IMG/VR virus record: IMGVR_UViG_3300033407_000072
Location: 1 to 36,164 of that record
DNA length: 36,164 bases
From: a virus
Lineage: Duplodnaviria > Caudoviricetes
Reading direction: 5' to 3' (one strand)
The position numbers were made by a program, and so were the translations under genes. The notes beneath the pieces are model-generated. The model made no database searches. It was not told the DNA's origin and worked only from the letters and a program-made list of their open reading frames with translations. Positions 15,472-24,671 of this stretch are shown here, piece by piece; positions within the stretch are counted from its first letter, which is position 1, and every line of letters starts with the position of its first letter.

Positions 15472-18311
15472 CAGCCTGCCACCTCGACTGTCCGACTGAT
15501 ACCGGCGAGGAGCAGACCTTCCTGGACGCCTCGCGCGACGTCGACGGTGGACGCCGGGTTGTACACGTGGACCGCGACCGGACCGGCCGGCCCGCCGCCA
15601 CCGGTGAAGGCGGCGATCATCCGTTGCACATCCGTATTGGAGAAGACGGTGCCCCGGTCGCCGGGGATCATCAGCAGCTCCGGCCGGTCCCCTTCTCCGA
15701 CCCGGTAGTGGAAGTCGGCCATGACCGGACCGCCATGCGCCCGGGGGATAGCGGTGGAACCCGACGCCGACGTGCCGCTACGGACGGTGGGGGTGGGCAG
15801 GTCGAAGTCGAAGCGGACGTTCTCGGCGAAAGCCTGCGAGAAGATGTCGGCGATGCTGCGGCCGGCCCGCATCATCTCTTCGAGCGAGTCGATCGATGTG
15901 ACACCGGCCGCGAGGTCGCGGACAGCGTCGAAGCCGATCTCGTCGGCGTGCTCACGGATGAAGTCGGCGATCCCGTCGTCGATGCTCTCCCCGATTTCGA
16001 CTCCCGCATCGGACGCGAAGGTGAGGGACGCCGGTGAGGTGACCCCGGCCGCCAGGTTTTTGATCTGGTCTTCGGAGAGGCGGCCGGCGTTGCGGTTGAT
16101 GAACTCGCCGATCCCGCCGAACAGTTTCAGCGACACTTCCTGACCGAGGGCGTCGAACCCGGCGGCGATGAACTGTTGGCGGAGGGCGTTCTCGTAGGCG
16201 GTCGCCGTGTTCTGTGCGGACGTTTCGGCGGCGGCCACCTGGTCGAGGTTGTCGAGCAGCTCGAGGACGAGATCGTTCAGTCCGGGACCGACCGCTTCGA
16301 TCCGGTCGGCCATGGCGCCGAAGCCGGCGTCGGTGAGGCGGGTCAGGTTCGCTTCGAACTCGACCTGCTGTTCGAAGCTGCCGAGGAAGTTGGAGAGGAA
16401 CTCGTCCATGGAGATGTCGAGTTGTTCTACGGCGCCCTTCATCGGGTCGATCTGCCGGCCGATCTCGTTGACCCGGTCCCGGAACCCGGCGAGCTCCACT
16501 TCGATGCGGGCGAGCGAGTCGAATGGCTGACCTTCGAACAGGTCCGATCCGAAGATCTCCGTGATCGACTGGCCGGTCTCCTCGGCGGCGGCGAGGAGGT
16601 CAGCGAAGGTGACGATCGTGTCCTCTAGCGCGCGGCGTCCCCGTTTGCTGATGTCCTCGATGTTCTCGATGAACCCGACATCGCCGGAGAAGGCAATCTC
16701 GTCTTTGAGGACTTCCAGTTCGAACCGGAGGAAGGCGACGTCGTCGGCGGCGAGACGCAGATGGGCGGAGTTGTTGAGGAACGTTTGTATGGCGTCGCCG
16801 AGGGCCCCGCCGGACAGTCCGGCGGTGGCGGCCAGCTGGCCGAACTCGCCGCGGAGGGACACCCCTTCCGAGGTGAGAGCGGAGATGGCACCGCCCAACG
16901 CGAACAGCGGGTCGACGCCGCCCTGGATCGCCGTGATCAGATCCAGGCGGGCGTACAGGCCGGCGAGTGCCTCGGTGTGGGCGGCCGCCCTCTCCGCGGC
17001 GTCGCCGGCCTGCTCGACGTCTTGGACCCGGCGTCTGAACGTTCGATCGGCGTTGCCCTCTGTTCCGACTTCCGACCACCGGGCGAACAAGTCCTCCAGT
17101 TGTAGGCTGAAGATTTCGACGGCGACCGGGAGACGGGCCAGCAAGTGGAGGGTGCCGATGATGACCCCTCCGATCTCGTCGGCAGAAGCGGACACGGACG
17201 ACGCCAACAATCCGAGCGCCGGTCCGACCCCTTCCAGGGCCTCGATCAGGTCAGGTGCGAGTTGGAGGATCTCGAGGTAGGCGGGGATCAGTTCCTCACC
17301 GAGCGCCGCCCGGGCGTTCTCGGCGGCGGCCGCCTGGATCCGGGCGAAGTTGGCCGGATCGTCGGCGGTGCGGGCGAAGTCGCCGGCTACCCGGGCGGTG
17401 TCTTCGAGGATCAGCTGGTATCGGGCGGTGACCTTGGCGGTGTCGTCGATCTCCGCCTTCGACGCGGCCAGTCCCAGTTCGAGGGCTTTCGCTTCGACCC
17501 GGGCGGCGCTGATGGACGCGCCGAACCGTTCGATCGGGTCACCCTCACCGCGCAAGGCTGCTTGGATGGCGCCGAGCGCTTCGGACACGTCAGTGTCGAA
17601 GACGGACGCCAGGTCGGCGGCCCGTTGGGTGAGTACGACGGCGGCGTTGGCGGCGGCGGTCGCTTCGAACCCGAAGTTGCGGAGCAGTGATCCGATCGGG
17701 ACGACGAGCTGCTGGAAGTCGCCGCGTGCCAGGCCGGCTGTCCGATGGACCTGTTCGCCGTAGTCGAAGACGATGTCGGCGCCTTCACCGAACGCCACGT
17801 TGACGGCGTTGACGGATTCGTTCAGGGTGTTGTAGGAGGCGATCGCCTCGCCTGCGCCTCTCAAACCGACACGCACCGCGGCGGCGATCGCTCCGACGGC
17901 GATCGCCCCGGCGATCAGCCCCTTCATCTTGGCGAAACCCTGATTGAGTCGGCCGACGCTCTGATCTACGTCGTCGGTGTTGTCCTTCGCCCGGCGCATC
18001 TCCCGTGCGAACTCGGCTGCTTCCCGCTCTGACAGGCCGAGACCGCGGGCCACCGCCCGCAGCTCGTCGTCCAGCTCCCTCGACTCCCGGACCGACTTCG
18101 ACACTGACGATGCCAGTGCGCGGGCTTCGTCTTCGGACCGGCCGATCTTTCCGGACACGTTCTTGAACGACGAGTCCAGATCGCGCGACGACGCTTCGGC
18201 TTCTTCGGCGGCGGCAGCAATGTCACGGGTGGCCCGCGCCGAGTCGCGGGCCTCCCTTTTGTACTGGCCGGTGACGAGCTCGAGGATCAGTTGGAGTCGT
18301 TCACCGGCCAT
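15471..18311 (-). CDS. Tape measure protein
   Basis: 946 aa, Ala-rich helical; LTQRAADLASVF, ALRGEGDPIERFG, RAHGGPV..YRVGE..PEL. Confidence 0.93.
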   Translation of the reverse strand: MAGERLQLILELVTGQYKREARDSARATRDIAAAAEEAEASSRDLDSSFKNVSGKIGRSEDEARALASSVSKSVRESRELDDELRAVARGLGLSEREAAEFAREMRRAKDNTDDVDQSVGRLNQGFAKMKGLIAGAIAVGAIAAAVRVGLRGAGEAIASYNTLNESVNAVNVAFGEGADIVFDYGEQVHRTAGLARGDFQQLVVPIGSLLRNFGFEATAAANAAVVLTQRAADLASVFDTDVSEALGAIQAALRGEGDPIERFGASISAARVEAKALELGLAASKAEIDDTAKVTARYQLILEDTARVAGDFARTADDPANFARIQAAAAENARAALGEELIPAYLEILQLAPDLIEALEGVGPALGLLASSVSASADEIGGVIIGTLHLLARLPVAVEIFSLQLEDLFARWSEVGTEGNADRTFRRRVQDVEQAGDAAERAAAHTEALAGLYARLDLITAIQGGVDPLFALGGAISALTSEGVSLRGEFGQLAATAGLSGGALGDAIQTFLNNSAHLRLAADDVAFLRFELEVLKDEIAFSGDVGFIENIEDISKRGRRALEDTIVTFADLLAAAEETGQSITEIFGSDLFEGQPFDSLARIEVELAGFRDRVNEIGRQIDPMKGAVEQLDISMDEFLSNFLGSFEQQVEFEANLTRLTDAGFGAMADRIEAVGPGLNDLVLELLDNLDQVAAAETSAQNTATAYENALRQQFIAAGFDALGQEVSLKLFGGIGEFINRNAGRLSEDQIKNLAAGVTSPASLTFASDAGVEIGESIDDGIADFIREHADEIGFDAVRDLAAGVTSIDSLEEMMRAGRSIADIFSQAFAENVRFDFDLPTPTVRSGTSASGSTAIPRAHGGPVMADFHYRVGEGDRPELLMIPGDRGTVFSNTDVQRMIAAFTGGGGPAGPVAVHVYNPASTVDVARGVQEGLLLAGISRTVEVAG

Positions 18312-18321
18312 CCGGCTCCTC

Positions 18322-18732
18322 TCACAGTTCGTCGTCCGGGTCGTCTTCGTCGGTGGCCGCCCAGGACGGGATCATCACGGTGGACCATCCGGCCCGGTCG
18401 ACGTTCGGGTTGTCTGCCGCGGTGCGACGTTCCCTGCTCATCGCCTGGTCGGCGGTGTCGAGGACGATGTCGCCGGGGCACCGGTGGAACTGCCACGTGT
18501 AGGCGGCCGGGTTGTCGTCCCATTCCCACGGGTAGGTGCCGCACCGTCGGCACCGGTCGGCCTCTTCGATCTGCCAGACCTCGAGGACGGCACGGTCTTC
18601 GTGAGTCCAGCGGGGTTCGCCTTCGCCGGCTACCCGCCCTTCGAGCTCGGAGACGGGGATTCCCTGGTCGCAGGCGTATTGGACTCGCCGGCGCCACCTC
18701 CGGTCATACCGGTACCGGCGGATGAGAAAGGG
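18322..18732 (-). CDS. Tail assembly chaperone, frameshift (gpT-like) portion
   Basis: -1 frame ORF PFLIRRYRY...RWTHEDR...CRRCG overlapping the chaperone; no good start of its own. Confidence 0.75.
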   Translation of the reverse strand, partial: PFLIRRYRYDRRWRRRVQYACDQGIPVSELEGRVAGEGEPRWTHEDRAVLEVWQIEEADRCRRCGTYPWEWDDNPAAYTWQFHRCPGDIVLDTADQAMSRERRTAADNPNVDRAGWSTVMIPSWAATDEDDPDDEL

Positions 18733-19244
18733 AGTTCGGAGCCTTCCTCCTGGATGTCCCAGACGAGAGACCACAGCTCGTTGCGTTGACCGCGGGACGT
18801 CACCCACAGGCGGGCGGCCTGGTCGACGTTCATCGCCGGGTCGACCATCGCCTGCGCCAGCAGTTCAGGCCCGGCCGTGTCCGGGTTGATGACCGGTGGC
18901 CGGGCGAACATGGGGGCTGCAGCCGCCCGTTCCTTGTACCGTTCCATCTGGGCGGAGGAAGGCGGATGGTTCCGTTTCAGCTCGTCGAGCCAGTCGGCGT
19001 CGACGGTTTTCGCCACGAAAGTGACCGCCTCGTTGGCGGCCCGCTCGACCAGCTCGTTGAGCTGCGCCCCGAGCTTCTCGGCGGGTGACCCGAGGCCCTG
19101 CGGCTGGGCTCGTTCGGCCAGACGCGCCTGGTCCCGCATCGCGCGTACCTGGTCGATCTCGCCGAGGAGCTCGCCGTCCATGACGAGCGGCCGGGAAACC
19201 GTCCGGGGTTTGCGCGATGCGATGACCTGTTCGATGTCGGTCAT
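18630..19244 (-). CDS. Tail assembly chaperone (gpG-like)
   Basis: Between major tail and tape measure; has slippery site near the 3' end. Confidence 0.8.
   Translation of the reverse strand: MTDIEQVIASRKPRTVSRPLVMDGELLGEIDQVRAMRDQARLAERAQPQGLGSPAEKLGAQLNELVERAANEAVTFVAKTVDADWLDELKRNHPPSSAQMERYKERAAAAPMFARPPVINPDTAGPELLAQAMVDPAMNVDQAARLWVTSRGQRNELWSLVWDIQEEGSELPFSSAGTGMTGGGAGESNTPATRESPSPSSKGG
18726..18732 (-). promoter_or_regulatory. -1 programmed ribosomal frameshift site C-CCT-TTC
   Basis: X-XXY-YYZ heptamer; reads Pro-Phe in both the 0 and -1 frames. Confidence 0.75.
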
Positions 19245-19723
19245 GCGAGGACGGCGACGTCCCAGGCGATCGCCTCGGTGAGCCCCATCGGGACCCTCTT
19301 CCGGCGGGCTTCACCGCGGGGGGTGGCCCCGTCGGATTTCAGTCCGACTTCGACGTGGGCGACGTCGCAGACATCGCCGGCGGCCGGGTCGGCGCCGGCG
19401 ATGTTGCCGCCTTCGAACTTGACGATGTAGTACTCGGTCTGGTTGTCGAGCGCCGGATACGCGATCGCGCCGGTCTTCGGCTTCCAGATCTCGATCTCGA
19501 GGTTTTCGATCGAGATGGTGGAAGTCTGCTGCTTGTCCTGTGCGGTTGAGATGTCCGACGTGTCGGCGTACTGCTGGCTGCCGGCGAAGTTGACCGGGGC
19601 CGGCAGGTCGATGGTGATCTCCGTGCCGGCTGTCACTTCGGCGGCGGTCGGGGCGAGCGTGGCGGAGGCGATCGTGGTCAGCACGTACACCCGCTGTTCG
19701 AACCCCATTGGTTTGGCAGTCAT
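19241..19723 (-). CDS. Major tail (tube) protein
   Basis: 160 aa; IASATLAPTAAEVTAGTEIT motif typical of actinophage-type tail tubes; position. Confidence 0.8.
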   Translation of the reverse strand: MTAKPMGFEQRVYVLTTIASATLAPTAAEVTAGTEITIDLPAPVNFAGSQQYADTSDISTAQDKQQTSTISIENLEIEIWKPKTGAIAYPALDNQTEYYIVKFEGGNIAGADPAAGDVCDVAHVEVGLKSDGATPRGEARRKRVPMGLTEAIAWDVAVLA

Positions 19724-19887
19724 CAGCTGTCACCGTCCTTCTTGGTGGTCTTGGCGGCCGGCTTGTGTTCCGTCCACCCCTTCTTCGACCACAGCTGTTG
19801 GAAGCTGCGGCGGAGAACCCGCGGCGGGTTCTCTTTCGTGTGTGGGAGGTTCGGATGCTCCATCAGCACCCACTCGTTGTCGGCCAT
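19723..19887 (-). CDS. Small protein (MADNEWVLMEHPNLP...KKGW, 54 aa)
   Basis: Manual translation; GAAAGGA RBS; TGATG overlap with the tail tube start. Confidence 0.7.
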   Translation of the reverse strand: MADNEWVLMEHPNLPHTKENPPRVLRRSFQQLWSKKGWTEHKPAAKTTKKDGDS

Positions 19888-19943
19888 CAGCCGGTTCCTT
19901 TCGGGTCGAGCGGGAACACGTGGGCGTCCCGCGGATGGTGTCT

Positions 19944-20324
19944 TCAGGTGAGGTCGGTCTGGTAGAGCAGGTAGTCGACGATCCGCCCGTGAAGGTGGGC
20001 GTCCCGTTCGTAGGTGTCGCGGGATCCGGCGGGTTCGGCGAGGATCACCTGACCGAACGTCTGCAGTTCGAGCGCCGCATGCACCTGTGTTTCGACGTCG
20101 CCGGCTTCGAGGTGGGTGGCCGCCCAGCCGGTGATCTGATATCGGTGGCGTTTACCGGCGATGGATGCCTGGCCGACGTCGGCGACGTCGGTGATCTTCT
20201 GGTAGACGACCGCCGGGACGGTCGGACTGTCGGGCAGCCTGTTCGGATACACACGGGTCCCGATGAGGGCGGCGAGCCCGGCGTGGCCGGTGAGTCGGGT
20301 GACCAGGTCCGAGTCGACGCTCAC
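19944..20324 (-). CDS. Tail terminator (DUF3168-like)
   Basis: LAALIGTRVYPNRLP...PAVVYQ...RYQITGWA. Confidence 0.85.
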   Translation of the reverse strand: MSVDSDLVTRLTGHAGLAALIGTRVYPNRLPDSPTVPAVVYQKITDVADVGQASIAGKRHRYQITGWAATHLEAGDVETQVHAALELQTFGQVILAEPAGSRDTYERDAHLHGRIVDYLLYQTDLT

Positions 20325-20680
20325 AGTCGGAAGTTCCGGCTGATCTGGTCGACGATGTTCCTCCTGACGGCTTCGACCGCCGGGGCGGTGCCGTGGTCGA
20401 TGGCGGGACGGAACCACGGTTGGGCCGCCTGGAAGGCGGTGCCGAACTCGGGGAAGTGGGCCCGCCAGGCGGTCGTGTCGTCGGGACCGACCTGGATCAT
20501 CCCGGGGTGCGGTTCGTTTTCTTCGGCGCGCATGGATGCGGCCAGGTCGCCGTCGCCGACGGGGGCTCGGTCGGACATTTCTTGTTGGAAGATGTGGCCG
20601 GCGGGGCGGAGCGCTTCGAGTTCGTCGATGTCGGCGAGGCGGTCGACAGCTCGGATCGCCTGGTCGAGGTTGCCTTTCAC
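20321..20680 (-). CDS. HK97 gp10-like neck protein
   Basis: RAPVGDGDLAAS...HFPEFGT...AQPWFRPA. Confidence 0.85.
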   Translation of the reverse strand: MKGNLDQAIRAVDRLADIDELEALRPAGHIFQQEMSDRAPVGDGDLAASMRAEENEPHPGMIQVGPDDTTAWRAHFPEFGTAFQAAQPWFRPAIDHGTAPAVEAVRRNIVDQISRNFRL

Positions 20681-21003
20681 GGTGTGATCTCCTTGCAGGG
20701 GATGACCAGTTCGCGGCGGCGGCCGTCGGGGTCGATGGCGGGTCCGACGATGTGGAAGGTGCGGCTGGTGTCGGTGGTGATCCGCATGTCGGGGGTGATG
20801 CCGGTCCGGTGCCGTATGCGGACGACGGTGGTGGTCTGTTCGGTGACGGCGGTGGAGCGGATCATTTCGGTGGAGGCTTCGTCGTCGACGGCGCCCCACA
20901 CTGTGAACTGGTCCTGCCAGGCGCCGTCCGGTTCCCCGTCGGCGTTCTGGCCGGCGGCCCGCTGTTGGAAGGTGAGCCGCCGGCGGAGGAGCCCGGCCCG
21001 CAT
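20677..21003 (-). CDS. Head-tail adaptor/head closure protein (SPP1 gp16-like)
   Basis: MRAGLLRRRLTFQQ...DGEP...W...TVWG...IRHRTGITPDMRI. Confidence 0.88.
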   Translation of the reverse strand: MRAGLLRRRLTFQQRAAGQNADGEPDGAWQDQFTVWGAVDDEASTEMIRSTAVTEQTTTVVRIRHRTGITPDMRITTDTSRTFHIVGPAIDPDGRRRELVIPCKEITP

Positions 21004-21590
21004 CAGAACCACCAGATCCGGTACGGGAAAAGGATCCATTCGATCGACTGTGGGAGCGGCGCGGCGATGGTGCCGACGACCACCGATTCCCGGTGTTCGT
21101 AGAGGGTGCCGACGAGGAGGCGGATGGCGGTGACGACGGTTTCGGGTACGTCTGCGGCGTCGCCGTATCCGGCCACATACGTGATGCGGACGGCGGAGGC
21201 GCGGGTGAGCTGGTCTCCGGGCCAGGATTTGCCGTCTCCGAGGATCACACGGCCGGGTTCGCTGTCGACGTCCGGGTCGTAGTCGCCGGCCGGCATGACG
21301 CCTGTGGTGCCGTCTGAGCGGGTGTACTCGATCGACGTGACTGATTGGAGGGGCGGACGGGGCAGGAGGATCTCGTCGCCGTACGGCCACCGGTCGAGGG
21401 TGAGCCGGAAGGTGGCGGTCACCAGCTGGCGGGTCAGGTGTTCTTCGATGCGGCCGACAGCCGCATCGATGTACGAGCTGATGAGGGTGTCGTCGTCGGT
21501 GCCGTCGACCCGCAGATGCTTCTTGGCGGAGGTCAGGTCGAGGGGCGCCTCGGCGGGCGCCACGGTCCGTCGAAGCGCCCAGCCGGTCAT
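21003..21590 (-). CDS. Head-tail connector (HK97 gp6-like)
   Basis: PAEAPLDLTSAKKHLRVD..DDTLI, LPRPPLQSV, AGYG..VP...AIRLLVGTLYEHRE. Confidence 0.92.
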   Translation of the reverse strand: MTGWALRRTVAPAEAPLDLTSAKKHLRVDGTDDDTLISSYIDAAVGRIEEHLTRQLVTATFRLTLDRWPYGDEILLPRPPLQSVTSIEYTRSDGTTGVMPAGDYDPDVDSEPGRVILGDGKSWPGDQLTRASAVRITYVAGYGDAADVPETVVTAIRLLVGTLYEHRESVVVGTIAAPLPQSIEWILFPYRIWWF

Positions 21591-21594
21591 CGGC

Positions 21595-21918
21595 TCATTC
21601 CTCTTCGTCGGCGGCGAGCAGCTGCATGAGCGGATCGGTCAGCGACGTGCGCGGCTTGGACCGTTCCGACTCGATGTTCAGGGCGGCGGCGGCTCGTTCC
21701 TGGTCGTCGCCGACCCAGGCGAGCACCTTCTTCACGGATCCGGACGGGACCGTCCCGGCGTCGTCGGGGCGGCGACGGCGGCCGTCGACGTCGTCTACCG
21801 GGTCGGCGTATCCGCCGGCCACCAGACCGTTCGCCACACTGTCGGGCAGGTCGAGGACCTGGCCGGGGGTGGCCCGGGCGGTGGGTGTGGCGTAGGTGGA
21901 ATGGAACCTGATCTTCAT
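21595..21918 (-). CDS. Small virion-module protein
   Basis: 107 aa with AGGAG RBS; PGQVLDLP...LVAGGYA and VKKVLAWVG...E..KPRTSL motifs. Confidence 0.75.
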   Translation of the reverse strand: MKIRFHSTYATPTARATPGQVLDLPDSVANGLVAGGYADPVDDVDGRRRRPDDAGTVPSGSVKKVLAWVGDDQERAAAALNIESERSKPRTSLTDPLMQLLAADEEE

Positions 21919-21940
21919 GGTGTCTCCTGACGGGCGTGAG

Positions 21941-21978
21941 ACCCTCGGACAACCCCGGCTGCGGGATCATCCGAGGGT
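21941..21978. terminator. Intergenic stem-loop
   Basis: ACCCTCGGA...TCCGAGGGT inverted repeat. Confidence 0.5.
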
Positions 21979-21991
21979 CCGCATCGGACGG

Positions 21992-22393
21992 TCAGACCTT
22001 GCGGGCCTTGCCGCGGGCGACGGACGCTGCGAGCTGCAACGTCCCTGACGTGTTGGCGGTTGTGACCACCACCACCCGGATCCACCGTTTCCCGCCGATG
22101 TACTCGAGCTGGTAGATCTGGTCGTCGTCGGTGGCTCCGTCCACGACCGGTTCGGTGCCGTTCAGGTCGGCGGCGGCGACCGCCGCGTACGTGTCGGGCG
22201 ATCCGGCGCCGTCGTCGTCGGCTTCCTGCACCTCGAAGGTGTTGGTGCCGTCGGTGGCCCAGGCGCCCACGTCGATGACGACGGTGGCCGCGTCGTAGCC
22301 GGCCAGGTCGACGTCTTCGCCGGTGACGGTGGCGTCTGCGTTGACCTCTTGGGGGCGCAGGCTCTGCGCCACACTGATGTGCTGTTCGAGCAT
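21992..22393 (-). CDS. Capsid decoration/cement-like protein
   Basis: 133 aa beta-rich protein right after the capsid gene; VDLAGYD, VQEADD, YIGGKRWIRV; GAGGAG RBS. Confidence 0.75.
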   Translation of the reverse strand: MLEQHISVAQSLRPQEVNADATVTGEDVDLAGYDAATVVIDVGAWATDGTNTFEVQEADDDGAGSPDTYAAVAAADLNGTEPVVDGATDDDQIYQLEYIGGKRWIRVVVVTTANTSGTLQLAASVARGKARKV

Positions 22394-22430
22394 GACTGTC
22401 TCTCCTCGTTGATGGGACGTGCGGGAGGGG

Positions 22431-22460
22431 CCCGGGATGAGACAACCGTTTCATCCCGGG
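22431..22460. terminator. Stem-loop directly after major capsid gene
   Basis: CCCGGGATGA...TCATCCCGGG perfect 10-bp inverted repeat. Confidence 0.6.
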
Positions 22461-22467
22461 TTCTCGG

Positions 22468-23688
22468 TCAGGCGACCTGGAGCCGGACGAACGCTTCGGA
22501 GAGGACGGGCATGCCGTCACCTTCGTAGCGGCCGATGAACCCGACCTGGTTGGTTTCGGCGTACAGCTCGACGAGCCGCTGTATCTCGAACTCGAGTGAG
22601 TCGACGATCCAGTAATGCTCGAACGCTCCGACCATCCCCACGTAGGCGGTGGCTGAGATCGTGTTCGGAGCGAACTCCGACACGACGTACGGCAGCTCGA
22701 GGATGGTGTCGGGGCGGCCGCCGGCGAGACCCGGCGCCCACACGTACTGGCCGTCGGAGTCCTTGATCTTCCGAACCACCTTGATGATGTCCCGGTGGAA
22801 CAGCCAGCGGGCTGTCCGCCAGTACTGCTCTTTGAGCGTGTACTTGGCGTCGATCAGCTGGTCGGCGGTGGCGGTCGTCGCCGGGATGGCACCGGCCGCC
22901 CCGATCGCCGAGTCCCGGGCGGTGGGGATGCCCTGGGCGGAGGCGACGAACAGGCCGAGCGGCTTCTGGGCGCCGTCGCCGGTCATGTACGCCTTCTCCT
23001 GGGTGACACCCACCTTGTAGCCGAGACGGTCGCGGACGATCGTCTCGGGGCTCATCGACCCGCGGCGGAGCAGAGTGCGGGACACCTTGATCCGCTTGGC
23101 GAGCGGATGGGGCCGCAGCTCCCGCTTCCCGAACTTCATGTCCGAGTCTTCGGTGCCGGTGCCGAGCTCGGTGGTCCAGTCGAAGTCGGACACGTCCGTG
23201 TCGAGCGACGGGGCGCCCAGCGACTCACCTTCGGTGAGGGTCATCGTGGTGGCCAGGCCACGGATGTGGACCATGTCGTCGACGAACTTGATCAGCTGTT
23301 CGACGAACTGTTGGGGTGCGACCAGGTGGCCGCCCTGTTCGTCGGGGGTGATCTGGAGGGCTCGGGCCTGCTCTTCGGTGAGGCCCCGCTCGCCGTGCGC
23401 CAGGTACCGGCCGAACGCCTGCCGGGCGACTTCGGCCGGGTCGGCCGGGTCGCCGGGCTCCGGGTCGGGGTCGTCGGGGTCGTCGTCGGCGATGCGACTG
23501 TCGAGTTCGCGCTGCCGCTTCTCGCGGGCGATCTGGCCGTCGAGCTGGTCGGCTTCGTCCATGAGCGCGTCGAAACGCTGACTGTCCTCGGCGGACAGTT
23601 CTTCGCCGGCGGGGACGGCGTCGAGGATCGCGCGGGCGTCGCCAGCGAGCTTCGCCCGCTTCTGCTGGAGTGAACGGATGTCCATCAT
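22468..23688 (-). CDS. Major capsid protein (HK97 family) with delta domain
   Basis: N-terminal coiled coil, QGGHLVAPQQF, VSRTLL, GDGAQKPLG, KDSDGQYVW, ELYAETNQVGF; GAAGGAG RBS before ATG 23688. Confidence 0.96.
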   Translation of the reverse strand: MMDIRSLQQKRAKLAGDARAILDAVPAGEELSAEDSQRFDALMDEADQLDGQIAREKRQRELDSRIADDDPDDPDPEPGDPADPAEVARQAFGRYLAHGERGLTEEQARALQITPDEQGGHLVAPQQFVEQLIKFVDDMVHIRGLATTMTLTEGESLGAPSLDTDVSDFDWTTELGTGTEDSDMKFGKRELRPHPLAKRIKVSRTLLRRGSMSPETIVRDRLGYKVGVTQEKAYMTGDGAQKPLGLFVASAQGIPTARDSAIGAAGAIPATTATADQLIDAKYTLKEQYWRTARWLFHRDIIKVVRKIKDSDGQYVWAPGLAGGRPDTILELPYVVSEFAPNTISATAYVGMVGAFEHYWIVDSLEFEIQRLVELYAETNQVGFIGRYEGDGMPVLSEAFVRLQVA

Positions 23689-23725
23689 GGTCTCCTTCAT
23701 CGTTCGTGGGTGGGCCGTCGGCCGG

Positions 23726-23792
23726 CCGTCGCGTGAGCAGACGGTGGGGGGACGGGACAATGTCGCCGGCGGCCGCCGCGTGAGCAGACGGC
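23726..23792 (-). promoter_or_regulatory. Two tandem hairpins with identical 9-nt loop in the capsid 5' leader
   Basis: CCGTC-TGCTCACGC-GACGG (23726-23744) and GCCGTC-TGCTCACGC-GGCGGC (23772-23792). Confidence 0.7.
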
Positions 23793-23807
23793 TGGTGGTG
23801 ACATCAG

Positions 23808-23882
23808 TTGCGGCGGCAGGATTTGAACCTGCGACCTCCAGCGCATGAGACTGGCGAGCACTCCGGGCTGCTCCACGCCGCT
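23808..23882 (-). tRNA. tRNA with CAT anticodon (fMet-like body, atypical anticodon stem; CCA not encoded)
   Basis: AGCGGCG TG GAGC AGCCCGGAGT GCTC G CCAGT CTCATGC GCTGG AGGTC GCAGG TTCAAAT CCTGC CGCCGCA A folds as a cloverleaf. Confidence 0.88.
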
Positions 23883-23889
23883 TCGATCT

Positions 23890-24519
23890 TCAGTCGGCGG
23901 TCGCCTCGACCAGGCGGAGGCGTTTGCGGGCAACGGTCAGCCGGGCGGCGGCCGCCTCGTCAGCGTCGACCGCGGTCGACGGGGTGGGGTCTGGGGTGGG
24001 GTCGATGTCGAACGCTTCCCGAACCCGGGCCATCGACTCTTCGAACTCGCGGAACGCGGCCCGGCCGACGTCGGCGACCGCGTCGGGGTCCATCGGGATC
24101 GGCACGACGGACAGTTCGAACAGTTCCCAGGCGGCGGGCACACCGTTCTCGTCGATGTCCCAGGCGTCGAACCCGACCGACGAGGCGTTCAGGAACCCGC
24201 CGCGGACCTTCGTTTCGACCCGGGTGGCGAACGGGTCGTCCTGGTCGAATTGGACGGCGATCCGCAGTTCGGGGGCGTCGACTTCGATGTCAACTCCCCG
24301 CCCGATCGGAAGGGAATCGCGGCCCCAGTACGAGTGGCCGTATCCGATGACAGGGTTCTTTTCGAACCGGTCGAGGCGGAGCCGGTCCATCTGCAGGTCG
24401 AGGCCGTCGGCTTTGCGGCCTTCAGTGGTGGCAACGAACCAGATCGGGTCGCCGGGTTCGCCGGGGGCCCGGCCGTCGGCGTCACGTTGGACGTAGCCGC
24501 GGAGGAACTCGGTGTTCAT
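23890..24519 (-). CDS. Prohead protease (HK97 family)
   Basis: NPVIGYGH, PIGR, GFLNASSVGF, WELFELSVVPIPM. Confidence 0.92.
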   Translation of the reverse strand: MNTEFLRGYVQRDADGRAPGEPGDPIWFVATTEGRKADGLDLQMDRLRLDRFEKNPVIGYGHSYWGRDSLPIGRGVDIEVDAPELRIAVQFDQDDPFATRVETKVRGGFLNASSVGFDAWDIDENGVPAAWELFELSVVPIPMDPDAVADVGRAAFREFEESMARVREAFDIDPTPDPTPSTAVDADEAAAARLTVARKRLRLVEATAD

Positions 24520-24659
24520 CGTGTGGGTCCCTTCTGCTGCTGCCGGTCGCGGGTAGGTCTGATCTCACGGTCCCGGGGCGCCCGGCGCCGTTCGCGGAGG
24601 GCCTTCTCACGGGCCCGGCGGCGGGCTTCGACTTCCTTCTTGGTCAGATGCTCGGCCAT
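24516..24659 (-). CDS. Small very basic protein (MAEHLTKKEVEARRRAREK..., 47 aa)
   Basis: GGAGG RBS; ATGA overlap with protease start. Confidence 0.6.
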   Translation of the reverse strand: MAEHLTKKEVEARRRAREKALRERRRAPRDREIRPTRDRQQQKGPTR

Positions 24660-24671
24660 GACGCTGGCCTC

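Noticed and set aside
23689-23760. Extended N-terminus of the major capsid protein
   Set aside because: GAAGGAG RBS precedes ATG 23688; the upstream segment holds the hairpins
23808-23882. tRNA as attP/attB remnant
   Set aside because: Full-length, in the middle of the head operon and ~16 kb from the integrase
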